DNA of 62,165 nucleotides, the filler included, from Choristocarpus tenellus KU-1152 (taxonomy: Eukaryota > Protista > Phaeophyceae), in assembly GCA_964200185.2 (NCBI GenBank). It is 8 parts of 8 records of this genome, joined end to end, with 100 filler letters (N's around TTAATTAATTAA, not from the genome) between each part and the next. Parts side by side here need not be neighbours in the genome. Positions count along the whole stretch, not along the records: positions 50,006 to 57,773 come from CAXNAD020005612.1; positions 57,874 to 62,165 come from CAXNAD020015252.1; 6 more parts are not named here. One strand, written 5' to 3'. The position numbers and the translations under genes are program-made. Each line of letters begins with the position of its first letter. Position 1 is the stretch's first letter. Below, piece by piece: positions 51,537 through 62,165 of this stretch. The notes beneath the pieces were generated by a model. It searched no databases. It was not told the origin of the DNA and saw only the letters and a program-made list of their open reading frames with translations.

Positions 51537-54047
51537 GTTATGCCTTCGAGGGCGCTGAGCAGTGATGATGGGGATGCAGGAAGGTCTTCCAGGAATAAAA
51601 AGAGTCAAGGCAGGACCAGTAAGAACAAGGCTGCTAATGTGCTTGGGAAGGAGGCTGGCCTCGCAGCTATTGACATTACCACACCACTGGAGGAGCATGA
51701 GCGCATCCCTGAGCTCAAGCCCTATACGGTGAGGTTAAGAGGGAAGACCTGATGATCCTCGTTTATTTTTGCTGTGTGGGTTATGGTGGCAGATGAACAA
51801 GTAGGTGTATTGTGTGTTTGGTACAAGGAGTGCTATGCATGTATCTGTTGTATGTGTGTATGTTTATGCTTAAGTGTTTATGTTTGTGTGTAAGTGAAAC
51901 CTTGATCTGTTTGATAGTTTGTATTTTAGGTTGCTGTTGTGTTTTTTTGAGTCTTGAAATGTATCAGGGTGGTGGTGCAGTTTTTTGTTTGAGATACGAG
52001 GTAGTGTGGACAAAGTTGCATTAAATAATGTATTGAATACCATGTATGTTTTGTGCTCTACCTGCTTCCTTCTTAGATGGCAAGAAGCCGGAGGGTCACC
52101 AGTAGTGGTGTTCGTGTCAGGGTCATCTTGTTGAATTTACCCAACGAATAACCAATGAGATGCTAGAAATATGCCAAATGATGGATATTTTGGACGAGAC
52201 TATTAATAGGTCGAGAAGAAATGAAACACACATATATTGATACATATATTGTTGCATTTCCTTGAGGAATTTGGTGTTTCTTTAGCTGGTATTTTTAATA
52301 TTTCATGTACTCTTTGGCTTAGGGTTGGGGTTAGAGAGAGGGGATTATGTTGTTTTGGGGGCTAAAATGGTAAGTACTAGTAGTAGGGAAGAGGGCCATC
52401 CTAAAATAGTTCTGTGGTGTGAATCACCACTGTTCAATCAGCTTCAGTTTGATTGATTGGAATTAACCAAATAACTGAACTGAAAAGGATCATTAGTTTA
52501 ATTCAATTTTTAATCCCCATAAGGTTAGGGTTAGGGTGAGTACTGAAAGTATCAGAGGTAACAGAAGAACAGCAAACACATGTTCATCACAAGGTGTCAC
52601 TACTCACAACTGATTCACTACACCTATCACTACTCATTCAAATCTTACTTCTAAGACCTGTGAAGGCAATGTAGTTTTTGTCTCCCGCACTGACATTTCA
52701 ATTTGATTGATTCTAGGGTTTTTTTTTTCTGTTAGCAACACTACAGTAGGAATCTTGCATACAGTAGTGAGTCATTTCACCCTTATTTTCAGTGCATAAG
52801 TATATCTACAGAATTTGAGTTGTAGGATAGATTAGGACTTGGACTGGTGTTTTGGGTCTAGGCTCAGGTCTGCCTCCCCCTAATACACATTCTGTGCCAT
52901 CTCTAGCTTTCTGGTGTGCGTGGTTGATCCCTGAGCACCAATCCTCAGTCATGTTGATTGTAGAGTACGGCAAGAGTGGTTAAACCATAGGAGTTATAAA
53001 AGTAGTCTCCAACTTATGACTTGCTTCCCCCTCCCCCCTCCCTACTTCCGTTTCAGCAAACGTCAATGGTTGTGCTTGACAAGGCATCAAGCAGCAAGGA
53101 CAGGGGAGGGGACGGTGAGGAAGACAAGGGTGTTGTACCATCACGCCGGCGACAGAAGGGAGACAAGGGGAAGGGGGAGGGGGGAGACAGCAAAGACCGC
53201 AAACACAAGCATAAGCATAAACACAAGCACGCACCCTCTGCTGTCCCTGCAACTGCTGCCTCTGATGATTTTGATCTGATTGGGTTTATGGCACCATCCC
53301 CTGGTACAAGTCATGCTGCTGGGACTGTGGGCGCTGTTCCAGCTCGGGTGCCTGTCAAACATCCTACATCCTCCTGGGAGAATGACCTCTCGAAAATCTT
53401 GGGGGCATCAGCTCCGGATGTAGGCCTGCCAGCTCCCCGTAGTTTGGGTGTGGGGATGCTAGGGGGAGGAGGGGGGGGGGAGCGGGAGGATATGGCAATG
53501 GATTTGTCTTCTAAGAAGGGCAGTGGTGAGTGGTGTTGTCTCTGGGTTGCAGGTTCTGAATATGAAGTGCATGGTACGTGTTTGGGTCATATTTTGTGTG
53601 TACAGTGGAATGGATTGTGTTGGCAGAGTGTTTAATGGCTGTGTATGGCATGGGGAGGGGAAGGAGGTTAGGTGGGAAGGGAATATGAGGGATTCTGGAT
53701 GTATCATACTCTCCACTTAGAAAGGTAGAGAGGGCCATAAGGACATCTACTGGAGGAAAGTTAGCAATCCCATGTAAAGTCAAAAGCAGACCTCAACATC
53801 AGTTGCATTTTCTGACGCCTCCCCCCCCTTGGTGCCTCTACACCTTGTCCATGCTGCTGTTCACTCTTTTTTTTGGTTCGGTGGGGATGGGGGTGGGTTT
53901 ATGTTGCGAGTAGATTTTCCGTCTTCTTCTATTAAGCCACGCAAGGATAAGGTTGATAAGCCCAAGAAATCATCTTCCAGGAGGAAGGAGGGGAAGTCTT
54001 CCAAAGATAGGGATAGGGGAGGAAGGGGAAAGGGGACTGTCTCCTAA
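51537..54047 (+). CDS. AP3D1: AP-3 complex subunit delta, 3' three exons (hinge/tail)
   Basis: Exons 51537-51728, 53057-53525 and 53914-54047 are in frame (phases 0,1). MPSRALSSDDGD...LAAIDITTPLEEHERIP matches the delta-adaptin hinge pattern MPEnAl.SD.......L.IDl..PL...E.lP; followed by Lys/His-rich and DFDLIGF segments. Confidence 0.65.
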
Positions 54048-56367
54048 CTGAAGCAGTGGCTTCCCACCTTGAAGTGGTGATGACAGGGAGTGTGACCATG
54101 ACCAGGAGGATGTTGGGGATGGGAAGGAGGGGGGGGGGGAAGGCAAGGTTTGGACAAGGTGTTGCTGAAGTGGACCAACTTGGTTGGCGTTGGCTTACTT
54201 TGCTTGCCTCAGTGTTTTTTGCTCAGTTGGTCTTGTGTGCCTGAAGGGGGCAGAGGGGCTGGGAGGTACAAAGTCATCAGCTGAACTGAAGCGATGTTTA
54301 GGTGTAAGGGTGACATGTGTTTCACTGTCTGTCCTCTTATGGTGGGATGTGATGCCTAGAACAATACCAGACATTAGTGTGTTTCCTTCATTAGAATTGG
54401 TGTTTTCTCTGGCTAATGTGAGTTGCCACTAAAAAGCAGCTCAATAACTTCATGGCGTGGTGCATTTTGAGTACCTTAGGGAAAATAATGTGCTTGTTTG
54501 GCAGTGTTGGCATAGTATTACTATTATATTATACTAGGTATATAATATTAATATGAACTTCATGTGAGGATGTGTGTGTGTTGTGCATTTCCTCCTTATT
54601 TCTGTATACTTCAGTTCCTTGTAGTTTTTTCCATAGTACTAGAGTGCTTAAAAGACAAGGAACTGTGGACTTATGATCGTTGTGAGATCAACTATATAGA
54701 TGCACTTGTTATTGCATCTAAGGGTTAGGGTTCAAACAGACCGTTACTGCGCTGCATTGGCAAGAAAAAAGATTGAACGATCGTGTGCCTCAGCATTTTT
54801 TTTTTTATGGTAGGAAGTCTCGACGTTTCATACAACCTAACTATAGATGCGGGGTTTTTTATATTGAGCAAAATTAGAAGGGTGTCTATTTATCTGACTC
54901 TCTGATGAAGTGGAACAAAATCTTTTTCTGTGGTGAAAGGGTTGTTCAGGCAAGGTGGGAGTCAGGGCAGTAAGGCTCGTGTTGGCATGGTCTTGAGTGT
55001 GTTTTGTGCACCCTCTGCTTGTGTTACCTTTTGAAGACCTTAGACTTGTCCGAATGTAGTCATTTCCATGTCCTGTCTAAGTCTCCCACAACTTAAAAGT
55101 CATATTTATACATACAATATGAAGGGGAAGGGGGTGCAACCACTAATTTATCGAAGATAAGTGAACCTTTCTCTGGCATCATAGAAATCTAGTTAATTCT
55201 GAAATAAATCTCACAGGAAGTTAATATATAATGGAATCGATCACTTTTTAAAAGGAATAAAATAATATACCCCTCAAAATGTTTAGCTATAAAAAAATAT
55301 CAAAAAAATGTCCTATGATTATATATTCCATAGCATTTTATACTTACTATGCAAAAAAATATCGATAAATCATTGAGTTTATGCCATATCTAAAAAAACT
55401 ATAGGCAGCGGTTGATGCCCCAACAGTAATCCAGACAGCTGATTTCACCAGGCTGTATGTAAAAGATGTCTAGTATTACTCATCCTTGCCTGACCAAGAG
55501 TATTATAGGGTTCAGCAGGTAGCCTTGATTCGAAGTGCTTAAGTGGTAGGTAAGGTTGCATTTAAAGGATCCAGAGAAAGGAAACATTGTGGTTCATGTA
55601 TTACGACCCAAATTGATAGAGAGATTCACAAGGTTGCATTTTAAGGAACCAGAGAAAGGGCAAAAAGACGCTAATCTGTACAAGTAGTGTAGAAAGAGCC
55701 TTTGCTTTTAGTTGTGGTGTCACTCTGTGTGTGGGTAGGGTGAACATCAATGTTGCGAACACTGTTGTGTGCATCAAGCAATCAATAAGAGTGTATTGCA
55801 CAGGGAAAGGAAGATGGCTTAGATTGCAAAAGGGTCTAAATATGCATACTTCTAAAATGTTTTGGACAGACGTGATACTTTACATCTGTGTTTTCGCCTC
55901 AACTTTTCAAAGGGTAAAATGAGATGACGTTAAGTGTTGCATTGTCAAGGTGTGCAATAGATTGTATCTTTTCTATAATTATACATGATACGACTCCTGG
56001 CATACACTTAGCTTTCCTAACCCCCTCCACAAATGCACGTTTTCATCATTTTCCTTGTCCCGGTATGTGGGACAAACCGAGGAAGGCAATAATAAAAGTC
56101 GAAATAGGAATGAAGAGGCAGACGTAAGTAGTAGTAGTAGCACTAGAAAAACTCGAGAGCTACCTAATCCAAAGCGAAACGTTATACCAATTTTATTATC
56201 TACAACTAAAGGTGGAAGGCACTCTTAGAGTCAACTATCACCACAATTGGACTGTTGAAAGTAAAGAACAGTGGATACGCAGGATATTCGCCCTTTTACC
56301 TGGCGTTCTTGTTGAGGGTCTGTTGTTCAAAGAACCCTCAGCCTCCTCCATCATTCACAGTCGTAGT

Positions 56368-56624
56368 GAGTCAAAGTAAACAAGAGGTATCCAGGCTTTG
56401 GCCGTATTTCGTTTCAAGTCAGTTTTTCAATCTGTTACCATCAAACCAATATTTTTATGTATGAAAAGTCAAGTTTGACTTGAGAGCGTTTATTCCTCTA
56501 TTGTTTGAAACGTTTCAAAGAATTCAGAACATAACCCATAGGCACTTGTAAAAAGGATTTTTGCACATTATTATGTCCGTATCCTTAAAATGCAACTTTA
56601 GATACCTCTCGCTTACTTTGACTC
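56368..56624. mobile_element. MITE family C copy
   Basis: gagtcaaagtaaacaagaggtatc ... gatacctctcgcttactttgactc. Confidence 0.8.
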
Positions 56625-57146
56625 ACTTTCTCATCATCCAATCTATATTCAATCAACAGATGACTCATTGGACATCAACAGTGCCTCGTGATCCAATCAT
56701 ATTGCCAAGAGTTTATGGGTCAGAACGTAAGGGACACAAAACAAAGTAAATGTGATTGATATTTCAAAGGAACCACAGGGTAATCAAATACCCTTACCAA
56801 TAACTATTAATACTAATCAAATATCAAAGATCAACTGAATCAAAGGTAAGGTTAGGAATAACTGAAACGCCAAGCTGGGAAGGCAGCCAACGGATGGGGG
56901 TCCAACAGATGATGTTAGTCAGCATAACCAGCACCCAAATTCAGTGGATAGTGAATATTACTTATGCATACATAGTATTTGCAGTCAAGTGATGATGTTT
57001 GTAGTGGTGGAGTTATCATTACGGTAGGGAGAGGCAAATACGAAAAAAGGACAAACGCCTACCAACCATATCGAACTTACTCTAACCCTATAAATATTGC
57101 TACTATGAAAGGCTCTGCAACTCTCTGTATGTATGTAGTCTCACGA

Positions 57147-57216
57147 TCCACTACATACAGTCCACTACATACAGTCCACTACATACAGTCCACTACATAC
57201 AGTCCACTACATACAG
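57147..57216. repeat. Minisatellite (TCCACTACATACAG)x5
   Basis: Five perfect 14-bp units. Confidence 0.95.
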
Positions 57217-57572
57217 TCCCACAGTCACCACCGTATCATCATCAAAAATAAGATAAACAAGGCAGACCAAGAGACATACCATAATATGCACTGTTGATAC
57301 AGTCGAGACACTTTAGAATGAGTTAATACACACACAAAAACGAAACCAACCACAGGAGAAAATCAAACAGTCATGGATCGCATAGTTACCACCCGGATCA
57401 AGGGTTGATGTGGGACTTCTAATTCTTCGTACTTCGAAGCACTCCCTCCTATTAATAGCATATTTACATAGTCTATCTCCTCTTGGTACGGCCCCTAGGG
57501 GCCTTGACCCGCCCTTGCTCAGAAAATAGTCGATTTGCATCCGCCTTGACAAAGAAATGGTCCAACAAGTTG

Positions 57573-57575
<3 letters not shown>

Positions 57576-57615
<40 letters not shown>
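57576..57615. repeat. (AG)n microsatellite
   Basis: About 20 AG units. Confidence 0.95.
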
Positions 57616-57618
<3 letters not shown>

Positions 57619-58069
57619 CAGGAGGACAAGGCTTCACAAATACTCAGTAACAAAATTAGAATAAATTGGACAACAGGCGGGGGGGGGGAGGGGGGGGGGG
57701 GGTTAAAATTGCATGCATTGCAAAAAATAGGGAAACAAATGGGGAGAGGGGGGGGTAGGGGAAGGGTGGAGATNNNNNNNNNNNNNNNNNNNNNNNNNNN
57801 NNNNNNNNNNNNNNNNNTTAATTAATTAANNNNNNNNNNNNNNNNNNNNNNNNNNNNNNNNNNNNNNNNNNNNGTCCAAATGGACACCCTGGTGTAGAAC
57901 CCCCCCCCCCCCAGATACTTTGGGTCTGTGCACGAGGAACCAAAACATATATCATGTACAGTTTAAATGTAATACTTCGTTTGTTTGCGTGCATGTATCG
58001 GATTTAGTACGTAAACAGACGTGGTTGTCGCTGAGGGTGTTGGGGTTGAAGTTGTTGGTATGAAGGAAA

Positions 58070-58314
58070 GAGTCAAAGTATCTTAGAGGGTAGAGCCGCG
58101 TCCGTTTGGGGTCCAAAATCCAATGTTGCCATTTTGATGTAATTTTGGTTATTGTATTTGTTAGGAAGTGTCAATATCCTTGTTTCATACACACCTTTTC
58201 ATAACATACATTTAATCTACTCCGAAACATTTTGGACAAAAAACTGGTGGGAAGCCAAGCCCCAAATAATGAACAAACAGGGCAAAACTCGTACCCTTTA
58301 AGATACTTTCACTC
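58070..58314 (+). mobile_element. MITE family A copy
   Basis: gagtcaaagtatcttagagggta ... taccctttaagatactttcactc. Confidence 0.92.
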
Positions 58315-58596
58315 TGAACTAAATATTTTCACTCCTCCCTCTGTGCATGTGTGTAATCCCTGCTCTCGGGAAATTTATAGTATGTTCGAATTCAATCTGA
58401 GAGCTCCTTGTACTGGTACTGCGCCAAGTGGGAACGTGCGGTTGAGCCTTCCCCTCTTCTCGGTTGCTTTCAACAGTTTGAACAGCACTGTTTTTGCAAC
58501 CAATCGTTCACAAAGTTCAGAGGGTCAACACTTGATGGCAGGGATGTTGTAGTCTCAGCATTTTTCTCTCGTTTTACTGAACTTAGTCATTTTTTT

Positions 58597-58854
58597 AATC
58601 CAAATTATCTTAGAGGGTAGGGCCACGTCCATTTGGGAGTCCACATCCAATGTTGCGATTTTGATGTAATTTGGCTATCGTGTTTGTTAGGGACTGCCAA
58701 TATTCTTGTTCTAGACAAGAGCTTTTCATAAGTACACATTTTTCCTACTCTGAAACATTTTGGAGTAGAAAAATGTAATATAAAAACCCTTGGGAAGCCA
58801 AGCCCCAAATGGACAAACAGGGCAAAACTCGCACCCTGTAAGATACTTTCACTT
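58597..58854 (+). mobile_element. MITE family A copy
   Basis: aatccaaattatcttagagggta ... caccctgtaagatactttcactt. Confidence 0.88.
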
Positions 58855-58858
58855 TCTT

Positions 58859-59268
58859 TCAATTCCTAGCAATATCTACTGCCGTATTTCCTGATCCACC
58901 TACACCCACTACACTGCTACGTTGATATCTAAACTCGGTCATGAAATACGGAGAAGAATAACTCTGGGTATCAGTATTAACTACAAATAATGGGTATAGC
59001 TCCAAGCTTTTTGTATTCATATCAGATCCATCTACCTGTTGTGATGGGTGCCGAGAACTTGCCTGACCCCAAATGCTGCAAATTCCCTGGGTGCGGCCCA
59101 TTTCAAGTGCACAATTGCCACATTGTTCAAGGTTGCAAAGGTTGAAGAAAGAGGATGGGAATATTGCAATGGATTCTGCACCACTGTGTAAGGGATGCCC
59201 TGTGACATTGCTTGCTGTCGACGTGGTTTAGGGAAGCTTTCCCCATCGGCATTAGGAGGGAGTTTCAT
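58859..59268 (-). pseudogene. Possible decayed flavin-containing monooxygenase fragment
   Basis: VVGVGGSGNTAVDIA resembles the FMO NADPH-binding motif vvvvGsGNsavDia; broken frames; cut by a MITE. Confidence 0.35.
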
Positions 59269-60576
59269 TTTTTAGAGTAATTGAAGTTCAAAAACTAAAT
59301 GTACCTTCGGTTGTGAACTTTTTTATTGTTTGCTTATGTATAAGGATACAGCCAAACCGCCCCAATTGAAAGAGAAACAATATTTTTACTAAGAGGTTCC
59401 AAATTCATTGTCTAAACCATCCAGAGATCCCCACCTTCACCCTCTCTCAATTCACTTTTTCTTTGAACGTGATATATTGTCCTCAATATGGATCATGGAG
59501 ACCACCATGAATGGGTCAAGCTTTATGAATGATGTGTTTAGTGTGCGGCAGTGTGAGCACAACAAAGAACTAAAGCAATCACAAAATCTAGTAGCTCTGC
59601 AAGCTACAAGATCATGTGCCTACAGGGTCAAACAACACTTCTGCCATAATTCGACAGCGTTCTGTGAATGACAGGCTCAGCTTCTACGGTAAAATCACTC
59701 AGTGCCACCACAACAACGCTTGTCAGCATATATCTTCCAGGCTAAGCAATTCAGGTGGGACATAGGTATACAGGCCACAAAACCATGTGCCTAAAAGGGT
59801 ACACACAACTGCTCCCAACCAATTACCACCTAGATTTACACAAGTAGTTCAAAGGCACACGAAGTGGACACCAACAATGATACAAAAGAGCATCCCTCCC
59901 ACATGTTTGAAGGGAGGCAAACACCGTTTCAGATGTCAAGCCAAAAGTTAAGGAATAGATGTCCGAACTGGACCATACAGACATCATACAACAAATAATG
60001 TGCTGTAGTATTCTTCACCATCCAACAATGTTCCACTTACAGCAAATGGAAAACCAATTCCACGCTCATCCCCATGTGAAGACCCATCATTCCTAACTCC
60101 TACCTTTTACAGTGAGCCTACGAGACATGTTTTAGGGATTTCTCAGATACCTTCCCCAATGACTTTCACTCCATCCTTGGGTGGCACCTTTTCCCCATGC
60201 ACTTCAATTTCCCGCAACAGTGCCTGGTTGGAAAAACCGCGAGAGACAGTAGAGGCGAAGGGTCCAGGAGGGTTAGTGTCGGGTAAATGTGGACTGGGCC
60301 TTACAAACACAATGACTCAGGCCTGGTCGAGTTGGTTTAGGCGTAGATCCAACTGTGCATGCACATGGATTGGCAAAAATGTGCGGTCTAGAATAACCAC
60401 AATTGTGATACTCTACTCTGTTCTAGCCTTCAACTATTGACAGTAGAAACCTATGCCACACCCAACGCCCTAAGATGCGTAATATTGCTTCCTAGCAGTG
60501 TCAGCATCCACAATATTCATACACCAGGCAACCTATAGCCAAAGTTATGGGCAAAAGAGTTACACAGGTTGCTCTC

Positions 60577-62088
60577 TTACTCATCGTTCTTGCACTTCTT
60601 GTTCTTTTTGTTGCAGCACTTTCCCTTCTTGCACTTGGCCTTCTTGTTGAACTTCGTGTTGCGGCAGCAATCAGACCTCTTGTTGCACCCGTCCTCCCCC
60701 ACCTTTACGCATGTCTCCTCTGTATCTCAAAGAAATTGAAGAGAGGGTGTTGCTAATTAGAAGCACCCTTGAGGTGTCGAGCATTCATTGAAACAAAAGC
60801 ACAGCCAGCTGATGAATTACACGGTAATACGAAAAAAAATAAGAGTGGGGCAACTTTCATGTGAATCAACCGCAAAAATGGACAGCTCGTGCACAGAAAC
60901 TCGGGGTGGTATTCATGTCGGTTTAATTGACCTACTAGGGCACATTATTTCGTGCTTCTCCCTTGTGAATACCTCTCCATATCTTAAGGAGTACTTGCGG
61001 AGCCACACAGGAGTTACAAGTAGTCAAGTCAGTCAGCACCCATGATATTGCATCAGGTAAGCCGAGTATTTGCACAATTTAATGTGATGAATCTCTATCC
61101 GGAGGGAAGATGTTCTCAGAGGTGGGGTGGAATGACGTTATTTCTGCTGTTTTCATGAAAGAAGCAACAGTCAAGCGATAAATATAGACAAATATGAGAA
61201 GTAGAGAAATCTAGGACTTGCCTTAAACAACAATATTCTAGGATCGAGCTGGTACGATATACATTTAGGATCCAGCAAAGTGTGCCTCCTCCATGAAGGA
61301 ACAGGATGAAGGGACGTATAGGATGCTGGGCACCCCTCCTGATAGAGTATTATTCCCTATCTAACAAGACTGCAACTACAAGCAGATTTACCAACTGGAC
61401 TATAAAACCTAGTCCATATGAGCGAGATCAGTGGTAAGTCATTATACAAGGAATCACTTGAATTACGATACTGCACAGGTTTCCACTACACAACCACCTC
61501 ACCGCGGCAACATTCCACATCAGTACACTGGTTGCCACTGCACATGTTGGTATCATCGTACACCTGACCCTTTTGGCACACGTAGTCCTTGCAGACGGGG
61601 GGCTCTGCTCGTGGGAGGTAGGCATGGGCAGTCGATAGACGAGACTCATAGTGTTGAACATCACTACAAAAGAGGTGGATCATTCTACTTTTAGCACGAA
61701 AAGGTCTGTAACCTGAGGGAAGGTGGTTCGGAGGTTCTGGAGCAATTGTCAACCTCAAACCACAAGTCAGTACCAACCATCTTATTAGAGAGCCTGGGAT
61801 GCTGAATATGCAATAGGTGTAGACAATCGGGAGTGGGCACACAAGGTAGATTGCGGTTCACACAGAAACGTCTTGGGGGCATTCCACACCTGAACTCCAA
61901 GTGCAACCGACTCTGGAACAGTCGGACGATGTATCAAATTGATCACAGGTGTACGGAGTGCTGGAGCATGTGAGACGTGTACTAAGAAGTAGACCGTAAG
62001 TATGCTTTAGAGAAATTGTGCACCCTGCTGCATCACAGATTTTGGCATTGTCAACGCACGAGGTAGCGGCGCCTCTCTGAAAACAGGA
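60577..62088 (-). CDS. Cys-rich, probably secreted modular protein, 3' three exons, ending in a Lys-rich knottin-like domain
   Basis: Exons 62088-61890 (SCFQRGAATSCVDNAKICDAAGCT...TCSSTPYTCDQFDTSSDCSRVGCTWSS), 61604-61503 (EPPVCKDYVCQKGQVYDDTNMCSGNQCTDVECCR) and 60719-60577 (EETCVKVGEDGCNKRSDCCRNTKFNKKAKCKKGKCCNKKNKKCKNDE*) are joined by phase-1 GT-AG introns. Confidence 0.8.
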
Positions 62089-62165
62089 CTAAGAGGAACA
62101 TGTTAAAGTATCCCCAAAATCATCAAAGAACATAAAGGTGATAAACCTGGCGAGATTGCTTGGTG

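Noticed and set aside
57147-57216. CRISPR-like array
   Set aside because: Contiguous 14-bp units with no spacers and no cas genes, in a eukaryotic context.
60547-60756. Hydrophobic 69-aa plus-strand 'membrane protein' ORF
   Set aside because: Antisense of the Lys/Cys-rich terminal exon (AAG codons read as CTT Leu).

Overview
Eukaryotic, intron-rich, repeat-laden genomic DNA, most consistent with a photosynthetic stramenopile such as a brown alga or close relative. The basis is three genes with signal peptide + 'xAF' bipartite plastid-targeting leaders, GT-AG introns and TTAGGG-type repeats. The window is eight contigs joined by artificial 100-bp spacers (N44-TTAATTAATTAA-N44), so adjacency across spacers is not evidence of linkage. 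Genes spliced by hand: a complete plastid-targeted peptidyl-tRNA hydrolase; the 5' part of a plastid-targeted ferredoxin/MBL-fold fusion protein; the 3' part of an RGS-domain gene; a >2000-aa BRCA1/BARD1-like RING protein (3'-truncated); the 3' end of AP-3 delta; and the 3' end of a Cys-rich protein ending in a cationic knottin-like module. Intergenic DNA holds decayed Ty3/Gypsy, mariner, IS630-like and DIRS-like elements, and three MITE families sharing a GAGTCAAAGTA-type terminus with 4-bp TSDs (Sola2-like). The most notable signals are: (i) an AT-rich bacterial-style DUF465 gene with a Shine-Dalgarno site inside a eukaryotic contig; (ii) a likely reverse-transcription accident at a Gypsy 5' LTR, with 36 nt of primer tRNA copied, an inverted gag start and a duplicated LTR end/PBS; (iii) CpG-island-like gene starts against CpG-depleted repeats; (iv) a telomeric patch inside a mariner transposase; (v) a pre-miRNA-like hairpin. 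I did not find a clear multi-gene novel system. All family assignments come from motif recognition, without database searches.
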